DNA of 64,000 bases from Macrostomum lignano (taxonomy: Eukaryota): assembly GCA_002269645.1 (NCBI GenBank), contig NIVC01000787.1:43648-107647 (forward strand), in the 5' to 3' direction. Made by a program: the position numbers and the translations under genes. Under the pieces are notes generated by a model, which had not been told where the DNA came from, ran no database searches, and saw only the letters and a list, made by a program, of their open reading frames with translations. Shown piece after piece: positions 1 to 13,813 of this stretch (the stretch's first letter is position 1; each line of letters starts with the position of its first letter).

Positions 1-796
1 GCGAGCGTCGGGGCTGCGCTTGTCAATAGACATGCCCTTCTCTAGGGCGTGCAGGCGGCCTAGAATTAGAATTGGATAGACAATCACTAGTGCGAAATAT
101 TCAATTTAGACTACTGAGAAAAGTAGACGAATAAAGATTTGAGTTGTAAACGTTTTTGCTTAGCCAAAAAATGTCGTCATATGATTAAAAAAGCAAACTA
201 GATAACAAAATTATTGGCATTGATGCTTCATTTAACAAAACAAAAATAAAATCAGTGTACTACAGTATGAGTAAGAATATCAATAAGATTAATAAAGCTA
301 GCTAATTAACAAAAAAGCAAGTATAGGCTTTAGGTTTTTTAACCTTGTTCTTTTTTAAAGTTTTTTTTCTATTAGAGGCAAGGGCTGTATGAGCTATATT
401 ACCCTGGCACACCTTTTAGTAGCATTTTTACATAGCTAGCAAGAGGCAGCACTACCCATTCTGCTAATTCTCTTAAGCAGGCACATTAAGTATATATATG
501 CCTAGTCAGATGTAAATAGGTACACACACAAAATATATAATGGTCCTAACTTATAGTTGAAACTATAAGGCTCAAATGGTAGGACAAATATTCAGAATAC
601 TCGCAATTGGATCTAATTGACCAAATATTCAGTTTGAATTGGCATTGGAAAGTTGACAATCTGAATACTAAATAATTGCTTTGATATGGAATGAATATTA
701 GGAACAAGTTAAGAGTAAAAGTATTGATGCTTTGGCTTTTAAATAAAGGGAAGGAATTAGAGATAGTTGTGCTCTGAGGAAAGGCAGAGGGATTAG

Positions 797-1519
<723 letters not shown>

Positions 1520-1743
1520 TAGAGGTATGAGCACATTGTGTTAATATTTTATAAGGCATTAAAAGGAGTGGAAAACTGAGAAGTTTGAGTTTTAGGAGTT
1601 GAGAGTGCTAAGGGTTGTGGACTTGTGGCTCATAAATGAAAGGGAGGGAATTAAGGATATAACAACATGCAGCATGCCTTGAGGAAAGGCAGGGGTGCTT
1701 GAGCAGTTGCAAGCAAGTTGTGCTTAGATTTGAGGCTTTAGGG

Positions 1744-2637
1744 CAGGGGTCAGCAAACTTTTTTCAGTCCAGGCCAGATTGGAAGACTGGCTGAAGGTGT
1801 GGGCCAGAAAACATGCACAACAAATTGAGGCTAAATGACCATTTGGTATCCTATAGAATTGTTTGTTAAATTATTTTTTTGCTTGAGTTTGATTCCTTTC
1901 TATTTTTAGAGTCCAAAAATATGAAACAAGTGAATGAATGAACAGTTTAACATGTACTAGCAGCTAAATTGTTTGTTATAGTCAACTGCCACATCACAAC
2001 ACAAGGGTACTAAAGTTAAACAGTGGCACAATCCAACCTGAGGCCACTGGTTGTCTAGCTATCCAGAGAGTAGTAGTCCAAAATCAGAAAATTAAGCAAT
2101 GGCTTGACTTGAATCCCAGTATTGGCAACTCAGTAGCTAATTTTTCAATCTTAAATGCATCTATCTCCCTTTAATGTCCCCCCTGCGCACTGTCATAGTT
2201 TTTTGACCATAGACATTTTTATGCTTTGTGTGCACAAAACTGATACCTGAATTCCAGAATTCCTGAAATCAGTGCATAAACTCAAATGTGGAGAGACGTG
2301 TGGATAAAATTACCCAGTCACACTATTACCCAACATTAAAGTAGTACCCTTGTGTTGTGATGTGACAATTAACTAGGCCTATAACAAGCAATTTAGCTGC
2401 TAGAACATGTATGCCAACAATTTAGGTGATAGACCAAATACAACCAACAATGCCACAGTTAAAATTGACACAGGAATGATGGGGTGAAAGCTAATTTTGC
2501 TTGTAAAGTTGAATGTTTCAACATAAAATTGGTTTGTGGGCCACTTTTACATAGTCAGATAGTAAGAGTGCTATGGGCCAGACTTGAAGATGTTGAGGGA
2601 TAGATCTGGCCTGCAGGCTACAGTTTGCCAACCCCTG
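1744..2637 (+). mobile_element. Non-autonomous hAT (Charlie-like) element
   Basis: Termini CAGGGGTCAGCAAACT and AGTTTGCCAACCCCTG; 8-bp flanks CTTTAGGG / CTTTAAGG (7/8 match); no ORF. Confidence 0.8.
1950..2410. mobile_element. Nested inverted-repeat element (MITE-like) inside the hAT element
   Basis: About 75-bp imperfect inverted arms (ACATGTACTAGCAGCTAAATT...ACAACACAAGGGTACT versus AGTACCCTTGTGTTGT...AATTTAGCTGCTAGAACATGT). No clear TSD. Confidence 0.55.
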
Positions 2638-4795
2638 CTTTAAGGGAAGTGAAGCATTAGGAATTGAAGTTGAACATGGATTTGGGGTTGCTGATTCTCA
2701 AACTTGGAGGGGTGGGATTGGCATTTGGTCTAGGCATATTTTTAGTGAATAAGAAACTGTAAAGATGGTGGCCTATTGGTTAAAAGCTGCTAAAGGGATA
2801 TTATTCACTAAAATATTTATATTTGGTATCATTTTAATTGGTTCTATTAGATATTTAAAATGAAATGAAGTTGTTAAAAAAATTCATTTGTCCTATTTCT
2901 ATCAAGGGAGTGATATAAGCTAGAAATTTCCTGATTTTGGGCCAGGCAAAAATTTTGTACCATGCTAATAATTATCCTCTAGATTGCTCTTGCTCATTCA
3001 CTGAAAAAAGTCTTTTGAGATATTTTTGCATGTGCTATTGCATATTGGACGTTTTTTTAGTTTTTCCCAGTGTCTAGTGCAAAAGTAAATGATTAAAATA
3101 GTCTTGAATCCCAAGATTAGTAGGTGTTATTACAAGGTCAGAAACATAATCAGCCTGAAACTTTAGTAGCAACCAAAACTAAATTCCAATAAGATATAAA
3201 ATAAAAATATAGACTGAACTTAAACTTTATTATGCTTGTCTAATTACTATCTCCCACAAATAAAGAAAATAGATTTTTTATACAAAAATACTACTAAATT
3301 TGCACTAGACCCTTAGAATTTATGCATTTATGCCATTTTCACAGTTGTAACAAATTAGTGCTTGAATTATACCACTGTTTGGTTGTCAATAAGGTAAGTT
3401 ACTATTTAGTTAACAATGTCATAAGATGATAGCTATACTTAAAAAGGTAGGCCCTATCATATGTGTATAGAAATATATTTTAGAATTTTTTAGAAATAGG
3501 CTATAAGCAAAGCTAAAATGAAGTTATAAATCACTTCTCTTTTGAGTCCTACCATTTTAACTAGGCCCTATTGATAATTATAAGCCTACTAATTGACAAT
3601 TATTGATAATAATTCATTAATTCATAATTCAAATATTTAAGATCATTATTGACAATTGCTATGATCTTGAATGTTTCTTTTTTATGTTAAAAGTATTTAG
3701 TGACCTACTTTAATTATTTTCTGTTATTTTATATAGAAAATATTTGTAGTAATTAATCATAATGTTAAATGTCAAAATAAATAAGAATTTAATTTTAATA
3801 TACAGAAAAGAAATTTGCCAGAATTATATTGTACATGAGGATTGCTTGTTGTATGCATTGTGTACAAGAGAATATTTTCTAAAATGATTGCAGTTGTAAT
3901 ACACTTTTATACATTAATATTATATTGTAACATATAGTCATAGGCCTAGACACCAAGGGAGTTGGAACCTACTGACTCATTGCTATATAGTGTCATACAT
4001 CTACAAGTTGTTTTGGGGTTTAGAAGATGTACATTGTTTTTATAAAAAAATTGATATAGAGAGTTACTATGAACAAGATGTACATTGTTTTTATAAAAAA
4101 TTGTTATAGAGAGTTACTATGAAATCTATTTTAGCTACTGGACATGACTCAGAATGGAAGGAGCAAAATAATAAGCAAATTAAATTATTAAGCCAGATCT
4201 TGAAAAAACAGAAACAAACACTTACAGTAATATGCCACGATTGGATCTCGACTCTCGATTTCTGTAGCAGTTTTAAGGAAAATATTTATTCCCTTTAGTG
4301 ATGGTGGCGTTGCTTGTGCCATGAAGAGTTGATAATAGAATAAGGCACTGTAGTAGTTATAAAAAAATAATTGTAGGAAAGATGTATATTGAAAAGAACA
4401 GTTTTAAATTTGAACTTTGCTTTGTTGTTTAGGTTACTTTATTAGCTAGCTTAATCGACTGATTGATTCTTGAAGCCTGGTGGTATCTCAAAGGATTAGG
4501 AAATATGCAACTCTAACGTTAATTTTTGCTTAGGGGTTGTGTGTGGTGGTTTCCTGGATTTAGTGAACCTTTAAAAAGGTAAAGAAACGTATTTTCCATC
4601 AAAAACTCGAATAAGCTAAAGCCGAGAAAATCAGAATTCACAGTTATATTTTCTAACTTGCAAAACAGTTATAACTACATAGGATTTATTACGTCTCGAA
4701 AGTCAAAACGTAGTTTTTTATACTGTTTGTCTTTCCATGGATCTCTATTTTAAAAAACCGAAACTTTTTGGCAATATATTTTTAGCCTGCCTGAT

Positions 4796-5710
4796 TTGCC
4801 AAGCACTGCACTCACAATGGACTCTACGTTGGGCAGTATGACCGTGCAGGCCCTCAAAGATGCCTTACGCGAGAAGGCCTTACCTACAAGTGGCAATAAA
4901 GAAGAGCTGATAGGCCGCCTGCTCGCTGCAAGCCAGGCCGAACGAGCTCCCAGCGATGACGACGGTGACGACGACCAGGACGAGGATGACGTGCGCCGGG
5001 CTGCGCCAGCGGAGGAGGCCACAGAAGCGCAGATTCGGCAGACTCAGAAGAGGATCGAGCTGCTTAAACTGCAGAAGGCTGAGGCCCAGTTGCGGGATGA
5101 AGTGCAGTCGATCCGCAGTGGCGCCGCATCGCCCCCGCTGGCCAGAGGAGGGCCGGACATCTACGCCAGCCTGTTCGGGGACCAGAGCCGACAACCGAGG
5201 TTTGATTCGGCCGGAGCCCAGCGGCCCCCATCAGCGCTGCTCATCCCGGAATTTCTGGACGAGAAGCAGCAGTCGGGAGGATGGCTGACACAGGAACGTG
5301 GTCGCCTGACTCTGAAAGGCGCAACGCCGAGCCTGTCCGGAGTCAACTTCGGCCAGTGGGTGGCTGCCAACGCGCGGATCATGCAGCGACTGCTGGAGAC
5401 CGGCCAGCTGGTGGCGCCCGGTACGGATGGACAGCCCGACTGCAAGAGTCTGAACGCCTACCTCAACTTTAACATCCACATCGGCGAGCTGATCGACGCT
5501 GGCTACGACTGGAAGGTGGTGCTCCAGTACGACCAGGACATGAGGCTGCAGCAGCACTCGCGACAGCGCGACTGGGACAGCCCCGATCTGAACCTCATCA
5601 TCAAGCATATGACGGCGCCCAAAAACCTGCGAGCTGCTGGCCCAGTCGCGGTCGGTCAAGGAGTCCAGGGTCACCGTAGCAGGGGCCAGCTAAAACGGCG
5701 ACTTATCTGA
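4796..5710 (+). CDS. SAP-domain protein resembling DIRS/Ngaro (tyrosine-recombinase retrotransposon) Gag/ORF1, truncated by a LINE insertion near 5691
   Basis: N-terminal MTVQALKDALREKALPTSGNKEELIGRLL is a SAP motif. C-terminal FGQWVAANARIM...YDWKVVLQYDQDMRLQQHSRQRDWDSPDLNL resembles the W..YD..FR....W...D motif of DIRS/Ngaro ORF1 (recognition, not a database search). Intronless. Confidence 0.6.
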   Translation: MPSTALTMDSTLGSMTVQALKDALREKALPTSGNKEELIGRLLAASQAERAPSDDDGDDDQDEDDVRRAAPAEEATEAQIRQTQKRIELLKLQKAEAQLRDEVQSIRSGAASPPLARGGPDIYASLFGDQSRQPRFDSAGAQRPPSALLIPEFLDEKQQSGGWLTQERGRLTLKGATPSLSGVNFGQWVAANARIMQRLLETGQLVAPGTDGQPDCKSLNAYLNFNIHIGELIDAGYDWKVVLQYDQDMRLQQHSRQRDWDSPDLNLIIKHMTAPKNLRAAGPVAVGQGVQGHRSRGQLKRRLI

Positions 5711-7041
5711 GCCCATCCCAATCAACAAAGGTGTACTTCAAGGTAACCCACTATCTACCGTTCTCTTTGAGATCTATATCAATGACTTAGTTGAATACCT
5801 TGAAACCTCTACTTATCGAATTTTTTTCGTCGCACCCCCTTATCCACATACTACTCTTCGCAGATGATCAAGCCATACTAAGCAAAAACAAAACTGACCT
5901 CCAACACATGTTCCGCACAATGGAAACCTACTGTAGACAGAACTACCTCAAAATAAATGCCAGCAAAACAAAATACATGCAAGCCTGCAAGGGTAAAAAC
6001 AAGCAAATGCAAAACGACACCGAAATTCTTTACGAAATGCAACAGATAGAAGAAGTAAATGAATTTAAATACCTGGGAATCATCTTTGAACCCAATAATA
6101 GTTTTAAAAAATGCATTGCTTATCAGATGAAACAAGGTAACTCCGCCATGTTTTCACTGCTACACAAAGTAAAAGACACCACGCTGGATATTATACTTAT
6201 CAGTAGACTATTTAATTCTTTGGTCACACCAGTTATAACGTATGGTTGTGAAATCTGGGGACCTCTAGCAACCTGTACTGAACTCAAGAACATCGACAAA
6301 ATCCAAACAAATTTCTACAAATACCTCCTTAGCCTACCTAAAAGTACCTGCAACTCTGTTTTATACGCAGAACTTAATTTAACACCTATCTCACTTACCA
6401 TCTCGAACTTTTTTCTTACATACTGGCTCAAAATCAAACATAAAAAACTGAATAGTACCACTATAGGCATCTTCGAATCAAACAACTGCCCAAACAACCC
6501 ATGGAAAACCAACATCACTAAAAAACTACAAAACCTTGGTTTATCTCACCTGCTTAATTTACAAACATCGGACCCTGGTGACAGCTACAACAAAGATAAA
6601 ACAACAATGACCACACAACTACTCATCTCCTGGGAGCGTGAACTCTTCAAAAAAATAGAAAACCACGCGAAAGTCATGCATTACAAAAATTGCTTCATCT
6701 ATAAGAATATTTTCAAGCCTAACTTAAAAAACTACTTTCCCAGTATTTTTAGAAATAAAAAACTCCTAGAAATTCTGCTTAAGCTTAAAACTGAGTTCTT
6801 ACCAAGCAAATACACCCAAGAAAAATGCAAACTTTGTGGCAGAGATTCAGGCAATAATATCTTACACTATACAACTGAATGTGTCGGTATACTAGATGTC
6901 AGGAAAAAATACTTTAACCAAAGCCACCTGAGCACAAGACACTTTTACAGTTTAGGCTATGCTACAAACGAAAACAAAAATAAAAAAGATTTGCTAGCTA
7001 TTGAGAAGATCTATAAACTCATAGCAAATCTCCCTCCTTAA
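5691..7041 (+). mobile_element. 5'-truncated non-LTR retrotransposon ORF2 (RT C-terminal half plus zinc finger; CR1/L2-group-like), frameshifted
   Basis: NGDLSEPIPINKGVLQGNPLSTVLFEIYINDL from 5694, a frameshift, then ILLFADD, KYLGIIF, LFNSLVTPVITYGCEIWG, LYAELNLTPI and CKLCG...HYTTEC. Confidence 0.85.
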
Positions 7042-10000
7042 CCGACATGAAAATTATAGAGAACACCATGTGTACCACGCTGTTGCTGACCGTCTTACAC
7101 CAATTGAATCCCTGGTTACCTTGATACTCTACTTGCTATTCCCTCTTGCTACTATGCATCTCTTGCTATTAAGTCCCTACCCCGAGTAAAATCGAGTAAA
7201 CAATACCGGTGCAATCCATCCCGTATTACGCGTTTATTTATGTAAAAATTATCTTTTTCTAATCGCGCCTTATTTTTATTTAAGCACTCTATTTTTGGTT
7301 ATTTATTTCTTACATATTTGCTTCAAAAATACCCTTCATATTTAATGCCTAATAATTGCCAGCAATCCTTTCATCTGATTTTTTTGTCTGATTAATACAT
7401 ATAAACTTATTTTTATCACCTACGAATTCAAGTGACACCATACTTGTCTTTTAATCCCTTACTTAAATACTTTTTGCTTTGTTTGCCGTTAAAGATTTTT
7501 GAAGTTTCGTAGAAAAAAAAAATTGGCGCCCTTTCAAATACTATATTATTGTAAAACTCGCCGCACAGATCCCATTCTATCGAAATAATATTAATATTAA
7601 ATACACTGACATATACTGGCCAAACAGGCTTCTTGCCTGAGCCAAATTACTACTACTACTATATGTACAGTGCATCCACTTCCACGTGCACTCTTCAATA
7701 GCTTGATTTCGAGCTACACCAGAGTGCAATCCTCTCGCGATGTTACTGCCTTCGTCTTTTCTAAGACCTGCAGTTCGTGAACGAAAATTGCTTGTTGGGC
7801 ACCGTTCAAACGCCCTTGGTGCTTTTGATGCACTACTTAGAAATGCATAGCAGCTGCCCAAGTGTGGCGCGCGGTCTGCCACAATAAACCACAATAATTG
7901 CTAGGTTTTTGTAGCGATTTTTCGGAGCTTCATGTCGCGTTGCACCATCTCATGCGACACATGAACTTAAAATTCGAAAAGGGACATAACCCCGTCCTAG
8001 AACTGCAACTGCTGCAGATTCTACATGTACTCCGTGTAGCGATGCTTTCTGTAATATTCCACCGGCTCCCGGGCGAACTCGTACGCTCCACTCCAGCATT
8101 CCAGGTGAGCCATCAGGGCCAGACTGCGGACAAAGGAAAACTTCCCCGCCCCGATTAGACCTTCGATCACGTAAGTTCGAGTCTGAGGCCATTTGCTGAA
8201 ATGAATAATTAGACGGAATCAGCTGCTTGGGGAAAATGTTGGAAAACCTCCTGCAACACTTGCTTCAGTTCCTCGAGATTTTGAGGACCGCAGACTATAA
8301 ATTTCCTACTAAAAACAGTTAGGTTCAGGAATAGCCTCGGGAATTGCACTGAAGCCTGCAGAGGAGATTGTCATAAGGAAATTTTCCTTATCCATGCTTA
8401 AACAATACAGCAGCTCTCCAACTTCAGTGTAGTATAGTACCCGAAAACAGGGACTCCAGGAGAAGAGTGCGGACAGATGAACCTAGGCTTCCACCATAAG
8501 TGCTTGTCTACACACGTACAGACTCGTATCCATGCAAACCGGCAATAGCTCGGCATAGCTCGTTTATGAAGTACGCGGGCACCTTACTGCTTGGATTTTA
8601 GATTTGGCACCAAAAATTGTTACTCGGTCTCGGTCTCGGTCTCGGCTCAAACTTGATCAGTACACAACTGGCATCGAAGGACGCCCAGGATAGAGTTTTG
8701 CCTCCCGCCCCGCAAAAAGTATAGCTTAGACTTTAACGAGCTCCACGACATGTTGCAGCAGTCTCTGAATGAGACAAGGAACAGGAAAACACATTTCTTG
8801 ATTTCTTCTTTTTTAACTCAATGAGATGTTCTAGGCGTTTATTTGATTTGCAGCAGTCGATGCACTCGAATCGTCCGGCACCCAGCTGGCAGTCCCGGTC
8901 GGCGCGGGCACTGCAGCTCGCGGGCCATAGCAGGGCCAACTAAAACTACCCTGGGTCAGGGTTTAAGTTGTCCCTGGACCATAGTTGTCCCTCTTGACCG
9001 GCCGCGTAGACCCTCCGTTTGGCGGGAGACTATGCGGAACATCTGCATGTCGTATACACGCCTTCCATCAGCACGGCAGAGCGAAGGGTGAACAACACCT
9101 TCCACTTGTCGTTGGCGCGAGGCGGATTAAACAGGCTGCCTGGAAGGTTATAGATGGTAGAGTCCCGACCAATTGAACAGCTCCGGCAGCTGAGCCTCGC
9201 AGAAGACCTTGCCGAAGAGAATCCAATCCAAGCCAATCCTAAACAAAGAACTTCACTTTCGATATAAGCTTAGATGATAAGGGAGATGCAGCGGAGAGGA
9301 TACACTCCGAAAACTTCGATATCTATTTTCTTCCTGTCTTTATATACTATCATCTAAAATTTAATTCAAACTATGAGCGACCAGCTGAATGATTTTTCAC
9401 GCGCTGCCAGTGCTCCAAACGACCCCAGGCGGGGTCTCTCACGTTCGCGAAATGTGAATGAAGACCACGACGATTATTTCTACGAGTTTTCGGATATCGA
9501 ATACTTAAACGACCTATGACGCATCCCAAGAGATCAACCGACGAGTAAAGTTTGGCGCACGCTTGATTAATTTTTACACGTAGGTTAACCTGATTAAAAT
9601 AAAAACATGATCAACTCCTGTGACTACCCACCGCGGATGTCACCCATCCTGAACTGCGCGGCGGACATGGACGCTTGGCGCCGTGGGCGTGGGCGTGGGC
9701 AAGGGCGCTGTGGAACAATGGCGCCGTGGGCGGCGGCAACCATGGACGTGAGGTTAGCGTTGGCGCTGGATCCGCCGAGGGTGCTCATAGACGATCGAGA
9801 GATGAACCTTCTGCCCGGAGCGAGGGAGCTATGGGCGATGGCAATCATCCATGGTACCCTGAGCCTTATCCATGCAGCGTCTCGCCTTTACGGCGTTCAT
9901 CGCCCCTTGATTGGCGCGGGCATGGACGAATCCGTAGAAATGGTGAGACCTGGACAATCGTCGCTGAGGAGCCCCTCTACGAATTCTGGTACCCGCTAAT

Positions 10001-10329
10001 ATGCCTGGACCGTCTATTCGGCGGGCAGCTGCTGATGATCCGTCTGAATCGGGCCTCGGCGAATGATAAGACATGCACCGTTCATGCACCAACTCAGTAA
10101 AATCAAAATCACTGCTCTCAGCATTATAATCGATTTAAGTCCAGTAATGGCGTGTGTGTCTGCGCGCAAATACGAGCGTAAATAATAAATACTCTGTGCT
10201 ACGATCAGACGAGATCAGAATACAAGCGTTCTTTACATTATTTGTGCAATAACCATGTTTCTATCTAACGTAAAGCAAGCTTGGAGATCGTCTAGGTCTT
10301 ACACTAGAACTATTGAGGGAATTTAGCCC

Positions 10330-10695
10330 TTGCCTGCGGACCAGATGAGAGTGAAAAAGAAAGGGAATGGAAGACAAAAGATGAGAGAAGAGAGGAGAGG
10401 CGGGGAATGGTATGAAAGAAAAGATAAAAGAGGAGAGAAGACGGGAGAGAGGGCAGAGGGATCGAGAGAGAGAAGAGGAAAAGAGAGAGAAGAGAGGGGA
10501 GAGTGGAGAGAGAGGGGAGAGGGAAGAAGGGAGGAGAGAGAAAAGAGAGAGAGAGAGAGAGGAGAAAAAGATGAGCAGAGACACAAACCTTGAGCGGGCC
10601 GGATTGCCATTGTGAAGTTTCAATAAAGGACCTGAGGGCCGGATAGAGAGGCTTCGAAGGCCGCGTATGGCCGGTGGACCGGAGTTTTGCCTTGA
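10330..10695 (+). mobile_element. hAT-like MITE remnant with internal purine-rich tract (copy 1)
   Basis: GA-rich tract, then AAACCTTGAGCGGGCCGGATTGCCATTGTGAAGTTT (shared with 22285-22320 and, inverted, 56500-56530), then GGGCCGGATA...GGCC...GAGTTTTGCC, which resembles a Charlie-type right end. Confidence 0.5.
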
Positions 10696-10874
10696 TCGAG
10701 GCTATTAAAATTTGGTTTTATACAAAAATATACTTGATGAAAAATTATAAGTTTATTAAGCATGAGTATTAATAACTAATAAGGAAATGTAGACGTAGAA
10801 CACCAAAAAGACAGACAATTAGAGATTGCATGGCACATTTGGCCGTATGAATAAAGTGAGTAGTTTCTCAAACT

Positions 10875-11266
10875 GCGAAAGTTCTAGCAATGTCCAACAC
10901 TATTTTGGTTTCCGGAGTTATGTTGTTTCGTGTTTATGATATTTCAGGTTTATGATACTTCGGGTTTTTGATATTTCGGGTTTATTATACTTCGGGTTTG
11001 TGATATTTCGGGTTTGTGATATTTCGGGTTTATGATACTTCGGGTTTGTGATATTTCGGGTTTATGATACTTCGGGCTTGTGATATTTCGGGTTTATGAT
11101 ATTTTGGGTTTATTATACTTCGGGTTTGTGATATTTCGGGTTTATGATACTTCGGGTTTGTGATATTTCGGGTTTGTGATATTTCGGGTTTATGATACTT
11201 CGGGTTTGTGATATTTCGGGTTTATGATATTTCGGGTCTGTGATATTTCGGGTTTGTGATGGCGAC
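10875..11266 (+). repeat. Core plus right arm of a foldback-type element built from a 17-bp repeat (TTTCGGGTTTGTGATAT)n
   Basis: About 20 tandem 17-bp units ending in GTTTGTGATGGCGA. The core GAAAGTTCTAGCAATGTCCAACACTATTTT matches 23171-23205. Confidence 0.75.
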
Positions 11267-11436
11267 CCAAAATAACTGGAGGCTGGAACAGCTGATAATG
11301 GCTGCCAACCGAGTCTAAGTATAATAAATGAAATCCGGTCATAACGCTTTGTTTCCAACGGTGCACCGCGCGCGCTATGGCAAGACGGCCCGGACCGCCA
11401 GTGGTTGGGACTTCAGCGTGAAGAACATGCAATCAT

Positions 11437-12184
11437 TAGGCAATACCAGATTCCGAGTTTTGTCAATCCCGGGATCCCGGGACTTAAAAAGTTTCTAATC
11501 TTTGTTGGTGCAATTTGGGTTTACGAAGCCATCTAACCTGATTTTAATGGCTTTCAGTGATAAAAGTATAGAACAGAATAAAATATTTTGCCAACAAGAA
11601 ACTGACAATGAGCCCTGAATTGGAGTGTGATTTACGGGCTAGCGTAACAGACGTGTTTTTTTACATGCCAGTATCAGCTCAGGAAAATCACACTTGATTG
11701 TGATTGTGATGTCACCTGGGGAATGACAGCCTACAGAGCTATGGCCCGAGGTACTGAAGTACTCAACCTCCCAGGGGCACCTGCCCTAGATGGAGAATTA
11801 TTGGTAGCTATTGGTTGTGGTCCGAATGCAAGGTCCCACTGTTCTAATCCCAACTACGGCAAAGGAATTTTGAAGGTAGGGTCTGTTTAAAGTAGTTCTA
11901 CGAGTACATTATTACACCTTAAATAAGCTCGTAACCTTGCAACCTGCGAACAGCTTCAGTGTTGTATCCCTGCAGCACTATAGCTTTCTACTCACTAGCC
12001 TACATGCTTAAATGATAAGAAATAAAATCAAACGAGAACAACTGGGTTAAGATTTTGAGTTATCCCTCGATTTGATTATTGAGTTATTACAAAGCGAGAT
12101 CGGGATCCCGATGGTCAATCCCGGGATTTTCGAATATCCTGGGGATTTTTAGGCCTTATCAAAATCCCGGGATTGTATTCCCTA
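11437..12184 (+). mobile_element. Non-autonomous hAT element
   Basis: Termini TAGGCAATAC and GTATTCCCTA with multiple subterminal ATCCCGGGAT motifs; 8-bp flanks GCAATCAT / GCAAACAT (7/8 match). Confidence 0.75.
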
Positions 12185-13141
12185 GCAAACATAACTGATG
12201 CAGGCTGGGAGTTCCGACCCGATGAAAGAACAACGAGGAAAATAGTCGAAGCTCGAGGGGATTTCCCAGCATCGGAACACGCGCATTTAGGCAAAATGGC
12301 TGAACCTCAATTGAATTAACTAGCCATGCAAAAATTAGAAATCAAAGAGAATGTGACTGACCGCGACCGCGAGCCTAGCAAGAAAGTGGTGGGGACGAGG
12401 TTTGGAAATTTCTGAACATCAGATCAGGCGCTGGGGCAGGATGGAATGCGGTTGGGACTTCTTAGCGGAACGGCCGGAGGGAGAGAGCAAAGGCAACAAT
12501 TGGAGAACACGAGCAAAACGTCCTACCGCTCCTACCGAACCAGGTTCGTAAAGTATGGGCAACTTACGATCGGCACGAGTATATTTGGAAACCATTCGAA
12601 AAACTATTTGGAAGAGTAAAAGGTAAACGAAGCGAAAGGAAAAAAGAAGTTGCAGAGATTGCGAGAAAGGGGGGCTAAAAGCAGGAAAAAAACGCACGCA
12701 AGCTGGCGAGGAGAGGCTGAGGCGGGCACAACCACAAGGGGCTAAAAAAGGCCCCACAGACACCCACCCCCGGACCAAGTACCCCCAAACAAGGGCGACG
12801 ACAAGCCCCCCCCCCCGGCCCCGCTAACAGCGATTGGCCAGCCAATCTACACTTATTGGTTTCGCCATGCAAAAACAGGCTATGCGTAAAAAGCACTACT
12901 TAGGACAGCGTATACATTAAACATGGAATGTATTGGAGCACAATTCTAAATTAAAATCAAGTAAACCTTATGTAATTGACACTGCATTCATGTGTATAAT
13001 TGGGAATCCGAGTGATTATTTTCATTTTTGTCTATGTCTAAATGACGACCACTTTCATTAGATAATACTACTGAATTAAAATATATATAGCGTGAATGAT
13101 TTTTTACATATGCGTATTGAGAAGCCATAACTATAAATTGA

Positions 13142-13813
13142 ATGGACGAGTTAATTAAACCAGTTGTCGTTAGACCAGCAGATAGTACATGTTGCTGCAA
13201 ATGCTGCTGCTGCAAGTGCAGTAAGTGTGTAAGCAGCCGTCGAAAACGACACCAGGACGATACCATCAGAGCATCATCAGCCGGATTAGCAGCAGATCAA
13301 GCAGAGCGGGCGACAGCGTCCACGCTGTCAAGCGGTGCATCCACGGACACCACAGCAGATGCCGCCACCGCAGCAGCTGCAGGCGACGCCGCGGTACAAG
13401 TGGACTGTCAGCAGCGCGGCTCCGATCAACGGCTTCGCAGGATCTATGCGCCAGCCGGCACTGGGCTTGAGAATCAATCCAACGATGTTGTTGAACGATC
13501 CCCACTTTGTCGAGTGATCCTGCCACGACGGGCGGTGGTCTCCAGCGTGTCGCGACTCCAGATGGCGAAGCAGCATCGCTGGCTCGGCTCGACTGTCCTC
13601 ACACTTGGTGGTTGTCGTCTGTTCGTGCCGCCGCAAGCTCTGCAAGGCTTCGTGCCGCTGCTCAATACGCGGAGCCGCTCCCAGTCGGTGACTCCACATC
13701 AAGGCTCTTTGATGGCAACCGCAGATGAAGCGCAGTTCAAAGCTGCGGTGTCTAGCTCATCCGAGATCTTTGAAGTTGCCGTTTACGTGCCGGAAGAGGA
13801 TGAAAGTAATTGA
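13142..13813 (+). CDS. Possible uncharacterised Ala/Ser-rich protein or exon
   Basis: 223-codon ORF in a GC-rich island flanked by AT-rich DNA; no recognisable domain. Confidence 0.25.
   Translation: MDELIKPVVVRPADSTCCCKCCCCKCSKCVSSRRKRHQDDTIRASSAGLAADQAERATASTLSSGASTDTTADAATAAAAGDAAVQVDCQQRGSDQRLRRIYAPAGTGLENQSNDVVERSPLCRVILPRRAVVSSVSRLQMAKQHRWLGSTVLTLGGCRLFVPPQALQGFVPLLNTRSRSQSVTPHQGSLMATADEAQFKAAVSSSSEIFEVAVYVPEEDESN

Noticed and set aside
4015-4130. About 50-bp direct duplication in AT-rich DNA
   Set aside because: Simple local tandem duplication with no further structure.
7560-8560. Degenerate coding-like sequence on the minus strand (possible MULE or Kolobok transposase relic, e.g. 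WAAAMHF*)
   Set aside because: Many stops, no unambiguous catalytic motif and no TIR/TSD found; cannot be supported without a profile search.
12380-12900. Possible 3' end of an L1/Tx1-like LINE (Trp-rich frame, C-rich UTR)
   Set aside because: No diagnostic motif, tail or TSD identified.
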